Notes under the pieces: model-generated | Told to the model about the DNA's origin: nothing | Seen by the model: the letters and a program-made list of their open reading frames with translations, nothing else | The model's database searches: none | Part shown: one piece after another, positions 38,759 to 48,742 of the stretch | Layout: every line of letters starts with the position of its first letter | Numbering within the stretch: the stretch's first letter is position 1 | Virus record (IMG/VR): IMGVR_UViG_3300030419_004857 | Span: 32,001 to 96,000 of that record | DNA length: 64,000 nucleotides | Reading direction: 5' to 3' (one strand) | DNA from: a virus | Program-made: the position numbers and the translations under genes

Positions 38759-39543
38759 GATTCTATTTCTATTAACCTCTTTGTCGGTGGAGGAAATTCT
38801 TCTTCGATTTTCTTTAATTCAACAATGATAGAATTCAATACATCTCTCATGTTCTTAGCGGACAAATTTTTGATCAAGTTTTTGACTCGTATAATAGCAA
38901 AACCTCTGTTGATCAACAATCCGGCCTTTTGCGCATCTGCTCGAATGTGTCTTTGCAAATTTGCTTCTCCCCAGATTGGAAGAAAGTGCGCGGGGCCGTC
39001 TATTTCGATTGCCGTTCTTAACACAGGAAGGAAAAGATCCACCTCAAGTTTGTCATTCGCTAGCAGACCTCTCTTGTGAAATATAGTTTCGTAGCCAGCT
39101 TTTGTCAATCCCTCATAGACAAATTTTTCAATTTTGGACCCCTCTTTGCTGGCTTTTCGCACGGCTTCTGCCGCAGCCCGCCTCAAGTTATCCTTTTCCT
39201 GATCGCTCATTTGCTCCCATTGATATTTAGAGAGTTCGGAACGTCTGCCTCTTTCTTCATCGTCCATATTGTCCCAGAAGTTTGACATGCCATTGCTGAT
39301 TGCCACCTTTTCGGACTCTGTTCTCTGCTTTCCTTTAGTTGGATGTTCGTGTCTACCAGTACTAATCGCAACGGTCTGTGCCTGACTCTTAGTTCTTAAA
39401 TCCACTCCGAGAGACTTTAAGGCTCTTCTGATTTTGTTAGGATATGTGCTAAGCTCTTGAGCAATTTCATATGTGCTCTTCTGCTTAGTAATATACTGTT
39501 CGATTAGAAATTCTTTATGCTTCTGTGCAAATCTGCTGCTCAT
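38755..39543 (-). CDS. HTH + NUMOD3-like + Vsr/DUF559-type endonuclease (homing endonuclease-like)
   Basis: STYEIAQEL...IRRAL HTH; KGKQRTESEKVAIS; SKIE...EVDLFLP...AIEIDGPAH...D..K...L...GF.IIRV. Confidence 0.7.
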   Translation of the reverse strand: MSSRFAQKHKEFLIEQYITKQKSTYEIAQELSTYPNKIRRALKSLGVDLRTKSQAQTVAISTGRHEHPTKGKQRTESEKVAISNGMSNFWDNMDDEERGRRSELSKYQWEQMSDQEKDNLRRAAAEAVRKASKEGSKIEKFVYEGLTKAGYETIFHKRGLLANDKLEVDLFLPVLRTAIEIDGPAHFLPIWGEANLQRHIRADAQKAGLLINRGFAIIRVKNLIKNLSAKNMRDVLNSIIVELKKIEEEFPPPTKRLIEIES

Positions 39544-40003
39544 CGGTAATCCTCACTATTTTCTTAAGGTTGAAATTGTTAACTATATGGTCTACTGTTC
39601 TGTTGGCGTAATTTTCGATAGCCAAAGCGTGCTCTTTGCTTCTTGCTATTAATTTTACATCTTTGTTGTTATAGGCTTGTATTAAGTAACTAAAATCTTT
39701 TCCATGTCTACGTGTCCATTCTAAATCCCACACATAAAAGTATTTAGCTTTAGCAAATGTGTTTATCATTGAAAGGGTTGTTGATACCGACGTAGATATT
39801 AAAATTCCATCAAATCCCCAAATCTCGTTTATGTTCATTGTGCCTACTTCAGGCTGAAGTATGGAGGTTGAGGAATTTTCAAAAAAGATCACAAAATCGC
39901 AATCGTCCGAACCTAGATACTCGTTTATATTTTTGATAACATAATACGACAATTGGCTGGCGCTTAAGTCATCAATAATAATTCCAATTTTATTTTCGTG
40001 CAT
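39515..40003 (-). CDS. hypothetical protein, glycosyltransferase N-lobe-like
   Basis: Rossmann-like alternation, KYFYVWDLEW; last gene of the glycosylation cluster. Confidence 0.45.
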   Translation of the reverse strand: MHENKIGIIIDDLSASQLSYYVIKNINEYLGSDDCDFVIFFENSSTSILQPEVGTMNINEIWGFDGILISTSVSTTLSMINTFAKAKYFYVWDLEWTRRHGKDFSYLIQAYNNKDVKLIARSKEHALAIENYANRTVDHIVNNFNLKKIVRITDEQQICTEA

Positions 40004-40943
40004 CTGCTTCCTCTTTGTTTTCTATGTACCAATCGACGGTTTTTTGAATACCGTCTTTGACGGAGAGCGGGTCTATTTGTATAATTTGCTTCATTTTTTC
40101 AACACTTAGAAGCTTTTTCATTTGCCCGTCTGGCTTTTCTGTATTCCACACAACTTCGCCATCATATTGAACCGCTTCAGAAATATATTCTACCAGTTCT
40201 TTTATTGTAATGTCGTGTCCTGTTCCTATATTTAGTAGGTCGCTTTGGTTTTCGTATTTTTGCAAAGCCTGAACTATGGCATCAGCGGCGTCGTCCACGT
40301 ACATAAATTCCCTTTTTGGACTACCCGTCCCCCAACATTCTACCTCCTGCTCTCCCTCCTGTTTGGCCTCTACAAATTTCCTGATCAAAGCACCAACAAC
40401 TTTAGTTCTAAACAAATTAAAAGTGTCGTGTGGTCCATATAAATTAGTGACACATACAGGTACAGAATTGAAGTTGTATTGATCTATGTACGCTTCAGAT
40501 GCTGCCTGTAAAATTCTTTTAGCCACTCCGTGTGCTCGTATAGTCTTATTCGGTTGACCGCTCCAAAAATCTTCTTCATGCAATACTTCCATCCCTGTGT
40601 CTGGATACGCACAGGATGTCATTATAGTCAAAAGCTTCTTTACGTTAGCATACTCACAAGCGTGATGAATATTTAGACCCATGATTGTGTTCGTATAGAG
40701 TATGTCCGCTGGATACGCCCTGTTAAACTCTATTCCACCATTGTAACCGGCGCAATGTATACAGTAATCTGGACGTACCTCCATAAGGTATTCCATCAGG
40801 GAATACAGGTCCAATAGATTAACATGTTCAGATCCTATGGCTACAGGGATAGCTCCCGCTGTTCTCAGGGACTTCCGAAGAGCGCGTCCCAAAAATCCAG
40901 TTCCTCCGGTAACCAGTACCTTTTTTTGATCCAGATTAATCAT
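39990..40943 (-). CDS. fcl: GDP-L-fucose synthase (Fcl/WcaG)-like epimerase/reductase with atypical catalytic residues
   Basis: GGTGFLG, GGIEFN..YPAD, TSCAYP, NLYGPHD.F, WGTGSPKREFMYVDD, KPDGQ.KK; YxxxK appears as HGVAK. Confidence 0.8.
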   Translation of the reverse strand: MINLDQKKVLVTGGTGFLGRALRKSLRTAGAIPVAIGSEHVNLLDLYSLMEYLMEVRPDYCIHCAGYNGGIEFNRAYPADILYTNTIMGLNIHHACEYANVKKLLTIMTSCAYPDTGMEVLHEEDFWSGQPNKTIRAHGVAKRILQAASEAYIDQYNFNSVPVCVTNLYGPHDTFNLFRTKVVGALIRKFVEAKQEGEQEVECWGTGSPKREFMYVDDAADAIVQALQKYENQSDLLNIGTGHDITIKELVEYISEAVQYDGEVVWNTEKPDGQMKKLLSVEKMKQIIQIDPLSVKDGIQKTVDWYIENKEEADARK

Positions 40944-41863
40944 GAATACTGATGCCTTATTTGTAGTAAAGGAGTGACTTTAATTAATTGTTCTATACCT
41001 TGCTCCATGCTTACACTACATTGAAAACCTTCATCGTTGATTTTACTATAATCTACTTCATAATCTCTTTGATCAGAGTCTTCTCCTATCTCTGCGTAGT
41101 GTACGATAGCTCCTGTTTTTTCTCCAATATATTCTGCCAATTCCGCCTTTGTCCAATTTAAATTGTTGTCCCCAACATTGTATACGTTATGTTTCATATT
41201 TTCATAGTTTTCAATGCCATGAATAAAAGCTCTTGACATATCCTTCACATGAATAAAAGTTCTCCTAAAATGAGCCTGAAAAATATTCAGACACTTTTGC
41301 GTCATTGCTTGATACACAAAGTCGTTAACTAAAAGATTAACCCTCATACATGGGCTAACCCCAAAGCCTGTAGCAAATCTATAGGAAATTGTGTTGGGTG
41401 CAGATCTTATTTCCATTTCCGCAGCTTTCTTTGTTTCTCCATACAAAGACACGGCTCTTAACGGAGATTCTTCTGTACAGACCCCATCCACTTTGCCATA
41501 TACGCTTCCAGTAGAAGCAAAAATTAATGGAGTAGACTCATCTCTATGCTCCAATAAATTCAAAGCCCCGTCGATATTCACAGACGTGGCCAAGGAGGGC
41601 TGTTTTGCACAAGCGGGAAAACCAACAAGAGATGCCAAGTGAATAACTCCATCCACTCCATCTAATGCCTTAACGACATTACCCACACTTATCACGTCTC
41701 CGTACATGAATTCAAAGTTAGGATTTTCTACTAACCCTATCAAAGCATCGCATTGCCCCTTATGAAAGTTGTCTAGACAGCGCACTTTGTAGCCAGAATT
41801 CAAAAGATCTCTACAGAGCACATTTCCAACGTATCCGCCGCCACCGGTAACTAGTATTTTCAT
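40940..41863 (-). CDS. NAD-dependent sugar epimerase/dehydratase
   Basis: TGGGGYVG, HLASLVG, ASTGSVYG, SLYGETK, RTFIHVKD. Confidence 0.9.
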   Translation of the reverse strand: MKILVTGGGGYVGNVLCRDLLNSGYKVRCLDNFHKGQCDALIGLVENPNFEFMYGDVISVGNVVKALDGVDGVIHLASLVGFPACAKQPSLATSVNIDGALNLLEHRDESTPLIFASTGSVYGKVDGVCTEESPLRAVSLYGETKKAAEMEIRSAPNTISYRFATGFGVSPCMRVNLLVNDFVYQAMTQKCLNIFQAHFRRTFIHVKDMSRAFIHGIENYENMKHNVYNVGDNNLNWTKAELAEYIGEKTGAIVHYAEIGEDSDQRDYEVDYSKINDEGFQCSVSMEQGIEQLIKVTPLLQIRHQYS

Positions 41864-41873
41864 GATTCATTCC

Positions 41874-42941
41874 TCAAAGTTTTTCTAGTATTCCCAAAAG
41901 TCTCTGGGCTTCGTTTGTAGTAGTTAGTCTGGTTTTCGTGTATTCGTGTAACTGATCGCGTATATCTAAATAGTTTTTTTCATCAAATCTATCAAAGTCA
42001 ATGCGGCCTCTTTCTTCTCCGGGCAATATCATTTTAGATGTTCCTATAAACGAATTCATATGAGGAGCATACGGAATTTTAGTGCCGGGATAAACACCTG
42101 TTATACTCTTAGCTCGCATGCACAGTTCCTTTGGAAATCGTTCTAAAGTTGTTCTGGGGCACAATTCTATGTCTGTAAAGAAAGGAACGCATCCACAGGC
42201 TAGTATTTCATAATGACGCATACAATCCCAGCCTTCGTCTAAAGCGTCTTCTCTCGCCTTTTTGCAGGTAAATGCAAAATAGCTTTTTTGGTAATCTGCG
42301 TAGTATTCTTTTTCGTTTTCATAAATGTATGATTTCTCATGGGGGTCGTCGCAGTCAGCAAAGGCTGGTATAAGGGGTGCAAAATCAAACGACTTGTCCA
42401 TTGGTTCACAAATTTTTTCTTTGGGAATGGAAAATGAGATTGAAAATGCGTGTGGGATTAATTCTTCGGACAGTTCTCTTTTAAAGTAGGTTACTTTTTT
42501 AGATATACTTGTATTTATATGTTTTCTCTCTCGTCCGTCAAGAATTGCAATTTTATTTTTAGGATAAATTTCCAGTAGATCGTCTAGCATCTCGTGGATA
42601 TGTTCGGCGTTATTGTCTATTGCGTCGGATTGACTGTGGTGAAGTGGGCATATGATATAGTCGTAGTATTTATTTTTTACCTTGCTGAAAAGATCGCTTC
42701 TGTCAATGTCTAAATCAGGCAATAGCCCATATGTGGTAAATCCTTTGCCAGACAAATCTTTAAACATCTCAGGCTTTTCTTCAAAGTCTCTCTTATACAA
42801 ATGCCACAATCTGGGTGCGTCAACAACATCTTCTCCCAAAAATGATCTTAGGCCATGAAAAATGGTATCGCAAAGATAATCCCCAACCTCAGACGGGTGT
42901 AAGTCAGACGTATTCATAATTGGTAGATATAATATCTTCAT
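41874..42941 (-). CDS. putative GT-B glycosyltransferase (exostosin/GT47-like C-terminal motif)
   Basis: YQKSYFAF...GWDCMRHYEILACGCVPF resembles the R..EA...GC.PV nucleotide-sugar-binding motif; cluster context. Confidence 0.55.
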   Translation of the reverse strand: MKILYLPIMNTSDLHPSEVGDYLCDTIFHGLRSFLGEDVVDAPRLWHLYKRDFEEKPEMFKDLSGKGFTTYGLLPDLDIDRSDLFSKVKNKYYDYIICPLHHSQSDAIDNNAEHIHEMLDDLLEIYPKNKIAILDGRERKHINTSISKKVTYFKRELSEELIPHAFSISFSIPKEKICEPMDKSFDFAPLIPAFADCDDPHEKSYIYENEKEYYADYQKSYFAFTCKKAREDALDEGWDCMRHYEILACGCVPFFTDIELCPRTTLERFPKELCMRAKSITGVYPGTKIPYAPHMNSFIGTSKMILPGEERGRIDFDRFDEKNYLDIRDQLHEYTKTRLTTTNEAQRLLGILEKL

Positions 42942-43894
42942 TAAATCATCTCGCTTACAGCCTTTTTAATTGCATCGATAGATTTAGGATACTTCATTTC
43001 AAACCCAGTCTCCTTAAGCTTACTGTTATCAACCGATACAAGTTTATTGTCACCCTTCCAGTTGGCCTTTTCCCCTAACCACTCAATAGGCTTATGAATA
43101 TTACACACGTCCATTACGGCGTGTGCTATCTCTTCTACACTAGCTGTGTCATCAGAGACAACATTATAGACTCCAGACATGTCTGAAGTTGCGGCAAACA
43201 CAAAAGCATTGACAACGTCTGAAATATGACAAAACGGCTTGATTGATCCGGGTTGATCGCCCAGTACTTGTAGCGATTTTTCGTCCTCGTTTAACTTTCT
43301 TATAAAGTCCTTAAGCACGCCATGAGTAACTCCGTCCCCAACGGTAGCGCATAAACGTAAAGAGACCCCGTTTACCCTGTCCATATTATGATAAATATTC
43401 AGTAGACTTTCACAGGCTACCTTGCTAGCTCCATATACAGATGTTGGAACTGTTTTGTCGTCTTCATAGTATTTTCCAGTTTCAAAAAATTCCTCAAACC
43501 AGTCTCCGTAAACCACCACGGAAGAAGCTAGAACAATTCTACACCCCTCTGGAGCGTAATGTATAACCTTTTGGGTTCCAACAATATTGTCCATCACTAC
43601 TTTGTGCGGGTTAATTTCATCCAGTTTGCTGGTGGGGTATCCAGCAAGGTGAAAAATAACATCAGGTTTGTGTTCGGAGCATACTTTGTCAAAGATGTAA
43701 TAATCTGGCGATTCAATGTTTGACTCACCCAGATCACAAGCGTAATATTTTATGGGTTCTCCGAGATAGTCTTTAAAATTAATAGCTGGCCGTCTTCCCA
43801 TACAAATCAAATCGAACTTGTCTCGTTCGTATGTTAGCCTCTCGGTTAATTTTCTTCCTATGAAACCGCTGGCTCCAGTAAGTAATACTTTCAT
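42941..43894 (-). CDS. NAD-dependent epimerase (UDP-glucose 4-epimerase-like)
   Basis: TGASGFIG, FHLAG, ASSVVVYG, SVYGASK, HGVLKDFIRKL, W.GD. Confidence 0.85.
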   Translation of the reverse strand: MKVLLTGASGFIGRKLTERLTYERDKFDLICMGRRPAINFKDYLGEPIKYYACDLGESNIESPDYYIFDKVCSEHKPDVIFHLAGYPTSKLDEINPHKVVMDNIVGTQKVIHYAPEGCRIVLASSVVVYGDWFEEFFETGKYYEDDKTVPTSVYGASKVACESLLNIYHNMDRVNGVSLRLCATVGDGVTHGVLKDFIRKLNEDEKSLQVLGDQPGSIKPFCHISDVVNAFVFAATSDMSGVYNVVSDDTASVEEIAHAVMDVCNIHKPIEWLGEKANWKGDNKLVSVDNSKLKETGFEMKYPKSIDAIKKAVSEMI

Positions 43895-44934
43895 TTTATC
43901 ATGCCTTTGTATAGTGTTAAGCAGTTGTCTTTTTCATTTTTCATTCCAAGTTCTTCAAATATTTTTGCGACTCTGTGAAAGTATGTATGTCTATCTAGGA
44001 CGCAATTATAACCCTTGGTAATATGTTTCTCTCTTTTTTCTGGATGCTTGATGTAGTGCTCTATCTTATTTTTAAAATCCATTGGGCTTTTTGCAAAAAC
44101 AATTTCGCCATTTGGAAAAATTTCTTCTGCCATAGACTTAACGTAGTCTGAAATACAAAATCCCTGACTCATTAATATTTTAAAAGGTCTTTCAATAACA
44201 TCGTACCCAAAATCTTGCGAGTGTGGTTCACTTACATTTGGACAAATCTTAGCGGATCTAAAAACGTGTTTCACCTCATCGTTGTTGATACTCCCTAAGT
44301 ATTGTACTACTGGCCAGTCAGAATTGCCAAATATTTTTATATTATATTTTCCAACAGGCTTGCACAATGGAATCAAATACTTATCAATGGATTTTGCTTT
44401 GTACTCCCAGTACCCTCCAACAAAAGATAGGTCACTCTTGTATTCCGGCTTTTCCTCGCCGTTAGCATAGTCGAATACATCCGCCGCATGAATCAGGGAG
44501 ACCGGTTTAACTCCTATATCTTTCCATTTATTGTGAGTAACTTTCATCCACTTGGCTGTGTAGTGATTGTGAACAAAATCAGGCTTGCCAGTCTCCTCCT
44601 TTAGTTTTTCAACCCATTTTATTTCATCTTCTCGGGCAGACAAAACTGGATACTTATCTTTATCTATGTCTTTCTGCATATCTCCCCAATCGGACGCCCG
44701 CATCACTACCTTTAGATGAGGTCTCTCTTTTATACACGTAAATAGCGCCCTGTCTAGGTTATAGGTTTGTCCTAGAAAGATATCTGGCTCCATTTCATCA
44801 AAAGCGTCAAACGCAGGAACTTCATGCACGTCCCATACCCCCACGTCATGACCCATTGCGTTAAAAACCCTAGCCCACCCCATTCTGATGTAGTAATGTG
44901 CGTGAGGTCCATCACTAGATATCATTATTTTCAT
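43891..44934 (-). CDS. CgeB-like glycosyltransferase (Glyco_trans_1_2)
   Basis: DLSFVGG, IKIFG..W, SAKICPN, ERPFKI...GF.ISD, VLDRHTYFHRV. Confidence 0.8.
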   Translation of the reverse strand: MKIMISSDGPHAHYYIRMGWARVFNAMGHDVGVWDVHEVPAFDAFDEMEPDIFLGQTYNLDRALFTCIKERPHLKVVMRASDWGDMQKDIDKDKYPVLSAREDEIKWVEKLKEETGKPDFVHNHYTAKWMKVTHNKWKDIGVKPVSLIHAADVFDYANGEEKPEYKSDLSFVGGYWEYKAKSIDKYLIPLCKPVGKYNIKIFGNSDWPVVQYLGSINNDEVKHVFRSAKICPNVSEPHSQDFGYDVIERPFKILMSQGFCISDYVKSMAEEIFPNGEIVFAKSPMDFKNKIEHYIKHPEKREKHITKGYNCVLDRHTYFHRVAKIFEELGMKNEKDNCLTLYKGMIK

Positions 44935-45650
44935 GTTTTTATATCCCTCAAGGAGTCCACTTCTTGTATCTTCATTCCCTTCGGCTCTACTGTCTCAATT
45001 TCAAAACCTTCGTCTATAATGATATTAAACAATTCAAAGGGATACATTTTGTTTCTTTTTCTATTGGAGCATAGGGCTTTAAACAGTGATAAAACCTCGC
45101 CCTCCAGATAGATAATCTGACCCCACTTAATGTCTAAGCCGTAAGCGAAATTAGTAACCAAGTTATCAACCACGGTGACCCCCACCTCTTCATTCTTAAA
45201 ACTGTTTTTAGAATCTACCACCACGCACGAATTACCATCGGTCAGGTTGGTGATTGATTTTGTATTAAAAATAAGATCGCCGTAGATTATTAATACTCTT
45301 GTATTAGTTATACTGTTTAATGCGAGCCTTAAACTTTCTACAACATTAGTTTCAGAATAGAATTGATTTTCTATAATTCTAACGCCCTTGGGAATGGTTT
45401 TAATTACCCTGTCTGCCTCAAAACCAACCACTGTGGTGATCTCGGAATTTGGATAGACTTTTTTAACATTTTTAATTATGTTTTCAATTATTGTCTGAGT
45501 TGTAGAAATTGGAAGTAGGCATTTAGGACCGTAGGATTTCATCCTATGTCCGGTTCCAGCCGCAGGAATAATAACAGATAAATCATTATTCTCGATTGTT
45601 GTGGATGGTCGTTTTTTGACCGCTGTTGTATATCTGTTATATTTTTTCAT
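44931..45650 (-). CDS. sugar or choline-phosphate nucleotidyltransferase (LicC-like)
   Basis: IIPAAGTGHRM...PKCLL, VVGF, N..Y..TN, YGDLIF, EVD. Confidence 0.8.
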   Translation of the reverse strand: MKKYNRYTTAVKKRPSTTIENNDLSVIIPAAGTGHRMKSYGPKCLLPISTTQTIIENIIKNVKKVYPNSEITTVVGFEADRVIKTIPKGVRIIENQFYSETNVVESLRLALNSITNTRVLIIYGDLIFNTKSITNLTDGNSCVVVDSKNSFKNEEVGVTVVDNLVTNFAYGLDIKWGQIIYLEGEVLSLFKALCSNRKRNKMYPFELFNIIIDEGFEIETVEPKGMKIQEVDSLRDIKT

Positions 45651-46449
45651 TGGCTCTAGCAGTTAGCTTGTGTCTAATTTTTGCCCAATTTTCCTCCCAG
45701 ACATCCCTATTCACCACGAAGCTAGAGTTATCTCCCGTTACTCGAACAAGAGTTAAGGATTCTGGAATATGGACTATCATGTATTTTTCACTTATTCTAG
45801 TCCACAAGTCGTAATCTTCGCAAACCCTCATAGTCTTGTCATAGTATCCGGTGTTTTCTTTTACGTCTATCAAGGCTTGCTTATTAATTATCGATCCGCT
45901 ATGAACAATACACTCTTCTAGCAGCCTTCTTCTGCTAAAAGGCTCCTTAAATTCTCTTATCATCTTTCCTGTGTTTATTGTGTATGTGTCATAATCACCA
46001 TAAACGGCTCCAATACGATCCATATCTTCCATCATGATATTGACACATTTTGAAATTTTATTCGGCTTCATTTCATCATCTGAATCTAAGACCGCATATA
46101 TGTCCGTAGACTCCAATGTGTATTTTATTCCTTCGTTTCTAGCATCACTAGGTCCACCGTTTGGTTTTTTAACAGCGACCAAGCCTCTTTTTTTGACCTT
46201 GCCTCTATGATTGATGGTGTCGGTTAATACTTCAATGTTTTCGTGTGCTTTTCTAGAAACAGTTTGTCCAAAGATACCTTCAATTTTATCCCACGATCCA
46301 TCTGTAGAACCGTCGTCTATGATACATGCGCACAAAGGCCCATCGTAATCTTGCTTGATGGCACTATTGTAAGCTTTTATGATATAATCCTGATCGTTAT
46401 AGTTAGCGATCAGTACTGTTACTCTTGGTAAAGACATCTGATAATTCAT
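45637..46449 (-). CDS. glycosyltransferase family 2
   Basis: VTVLIANYN, IIDDGSTD, NGGPSDARN.G, LDSDD, CEDYDLW.R. Confidence 0.9.
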   Translation of the reverse strand: MNYQMSLPRVTVLIANYNDQDYIIKAYNSAIKQDYDGPLCACIIDDGSTDGSWDKIEGIFGQTVSRKAHENIEVLTDTINHRGKVKKRGLVAVKKPNGGPSDARNEGIKYTLESTDIYAVLDSDDEMKPNKISKCVNIMMEDMDRIGAVYGDYDTYTINTGKMIREFKEPFSRRRLLEECIVHSGSIINKQALIDVKENTGYYDKTMRVCEDYDLWTRISEKYMIVHIPESLTLVRVTGDNSSFVVNRDVWEENWAKIRHKLTARANEKI

Positions 46450-47251
46450 CCCATGTATACACTAGGCTGGCTTTTGACCCGTCTTCGTTTTGAATATTTT
46501 TAATTTTTAATTCTAGAGTGTCTTCTAAATTTCCGTGAAGATGCTTATGTAAAACGCTGTGAACAGTCATCATACTTACTTCATCTTTGCTTTTCACCAT
46601 GCCGATATTTAGTAACTGCGTGTTAATGGCATGACTTAAAATTTCGTCCATATTATGGATAATTGTGTCCCCAGCTTTGAGCACGCAATAAAATCCATTT
46701 TTTACATTCAAAAATCCAATATCTATGCGATCAAAACTAGTAGATGTTTCCGTTGTTACCTTCATGATTTTATAATCTGTACCTTCAGAAAAAATATCCT
46801 GCGCCTCTTGAAGCAATTCTAAGGGTGACAACTGAGCGTTTGGTAGATTATTGACTACAATGAAATAGCCCGGAGGGTATTTTAATCCGTCATGAATACT
46901 TTTTACCGTTTTGGATATGTCTGCAAAGATTTCGTCTTTATCTTTAGGTTCTTCAATTAGAATCATGAACCCAATTTTGGGAATGGTCTCTTTTTCGTAT
47001 ACTTTGACTAAGTCCTTTCCAGAGTGAAGCTCCGACCATGATTCCAGTCTATATCCAGTACACACTCCATCAATAACATAAAATTCTTTGTCATGGTCTT
47101 CTGCTTCTATAACTTCAATATCATTTTTTGTAAAGTGTTCTATGCGATTTAAATCGCATGATACTTGTGTTTTTCCAATGTAATGAGCAAAGGCACATTT
47201 TTTGCAACTTGTCGAAAGCGTATTTACTTGATTAAATGCGTCGTAGGTCAT
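46403..47251 (-). CDS. hypothetical protein (N-terminal Cys motif, possibly degenerate GT-A fold)
   Basis: CKKC.F...C...C; overlaps both neighbours in the cluster. Confidence 0.5.
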   Translation of the reverse strand: MTYDAFNQVNTLSTSCKKCAFAHYIGKTQVSCDLNRIEHFTKNDIEVIEAEDHDKEFYVIDGVCTGYRLESWSELHSGKDLVKVYEKETIPKIGFMILIEEPKDKDEIFADISKTVKSIHDGLKYPPGYFIVVNNLPNAQLSPLELLQEAQDIFSEGTDYKIMKVTTETSTSFDRIDIGFLNVKNGFYCVLKAGDTIIHNMDEILSHAINTQLLNIGMVKSKDEVSMMTVHSVLHKHLHGNLEDTLELKIKNIQNEDGSKASLVYTWDELSDVFTKSNSTDR

Positions 47252-47721
47252 GGTCTTTCGCCTTCTATTACTAGATTGAATCCATCAGTTCTCTTTTTTA
47301 AGATTTTTACACCACAAGATTCCAATTTTTTTTGCAAGTCTTCAATGGTGGCATGACTCATTAACACGTCCCAAGGCCCAGAAAACGTGCCATGAGTAAG
47401 CAGGTTAAATTCTACAATGTTAATTTCCTTATAGTAAAACATTTTACTGACCTGATGAGCGTCTATACCGCCGATTACGATTTTTCCACCATGTCTTAAT
47501 TTTTTCACCCAGTGTAACAAAGTCTGATCGGCCTCATTAGCCTCCAGATAACCAAGAACGTTTTCAGCTATCAATTCGGTGCATTCGGAATCCAGAACTA
47601 ATTCATCTAGATTTCGTATATCGGCCTTAACGCTACCCTCGACATTCCCGCCCGTAATGGGGTCTATATTGAGATAGCCCGGCTTAACCAGTTCCTTACC
47701 CACGCTGATATGTATTTTCAT
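47248..47721 (-). CDS. short SAM-dependent methyltransferase-like protein
   Basis: GYLNID...ADIRNL...VLGYL...W.KKLRHGGKIVI; motif I is degenerate. Confidence 0.6.
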   Translation of the reverse strand: MKIHISVGKELVKPGYLNIDPITGGNVEGSVKADIRNLDELVLDSECTELIAENVLGYLEANEADQTLLHWVKKLRHGGKIVIGGIDAHQVSKMFYYKEINIVEFNLLTHGTFSGPWDVLMSHATIEDLQKKLESCGVKILKKRTDGFNLVIEGERP

Positions 47722-47722
47722 G

Positions 47723-48742
47723 TCATCCTCTAAAACAAATTTGAGAAGCTGTATTAAATATATTATCCCAGTTTCTTATAAATTGATTCTGTGAGAAACG
47801 CCCTTCAATAGTTTTCCTAGCTTCGGCTCCCAATTTTTGAGATAATTCTTCATCGTTTAACAAATCTATTAAATATTGTTCCAACTCTTTTTCATCATTG
47901 CTGATGAACCCATTGATTCCATTTTCTATTATTTCAGGTATCATACATGTGGAAGTAGAGACCACTGCACACCCACATGCCATAGCTTCAAGCAACGCTG
48001 TAGGTACAGGAGATATGGTAGACGTGTTTAAAAAGATTCTGCTCGTTTGGTAATTTTTGACAAGCTCCTCTGTATTTTTTGCTGGTTCAGATAGACCCGG
48101 AGTATCGCCCACAACAAATGTTGGCAATTTGTTAGCAACCCTCTGCCATATGTTAAAACCGCAGCACCAATCTCTGTTAATCCAATCGTTTACAACTGAC
48201 AAGATATGATCTTCTCTTTCAACTTCTGCATCTGGTTTAAACAATTCACAATCTACACCATGATGGATTACTGCTGTGTCGCCATTATTTTGCCACTTCC
48301 ATTTGTCGATACTAAACTCAGAGATGAAAACATTTATGTCTCCGCGCATATTCTGTAGTGATTGTAGAATTTCGGCTGACCAGTTGGGAACTGGCAGCGT
48401 ATGTTCAAGACTAACAAGTGGTAGGTGTAAATTTTTTGAAAATTGGTTTGCTATTTGATACTGCCCAAACTTATTTTGAGACAATACTAGATCTAAATCA
48501 AGATGCAAAGGTATCTGATCTTCTTTTAGGTCTTTATTGAGTAATTGATAGTTTTCGGGAATTTTGGCATAAGATTCGTTCCAGTCTTTTATACCGTCTG
48601 CTCTATAAGAGTAGAAATTGTGCCCCGTTCTGCATAAAAGACTTTCGTATCTTTCGTGTGTAGGAAAGGTTAAAATGTTGAGCGGTTCAGATATACGTCT
48701 GACAGAGGCTCTCATTATTGATGATACTGGACTAGTTGGCAT
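47723..48742 (-). CDS. glycosyltransferase family 4
   Basis: VIHHGVD...F.P; FLNTS...P.ALLEAMACGCAVVS; IENG.NG. Confidence 0.9.
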   Translation of the reverse strand: MPTSPVSSIMRASVRRISEPLNILTFPTHERYESLLCRTGHNFYSYRADGIKDWNESYAKIPENYQLLNKDLKEDQIPLHLDLDLVLSQNKFGQYQIANQFSKNLHLPLVSLEHTLPVPNWSAEILQSLQNMRGDINVFISEFSIDKWKWQNNGDTAVIHHGVDCELFKPDAEVEREDHILSVVNDWINRDWCCGFNIWQRVANKLPTFVVGDTPGLSEPAKNTEELVKNYQTSRIFLNTSTISPVPTALLEAMACGCAVVSTSTCMIPEIIENGINGFISNDEKELEQYLIDLLNDEELSQKLGAEARKTIEGRFSQNQFIRNWDNIFNTASQICFRG

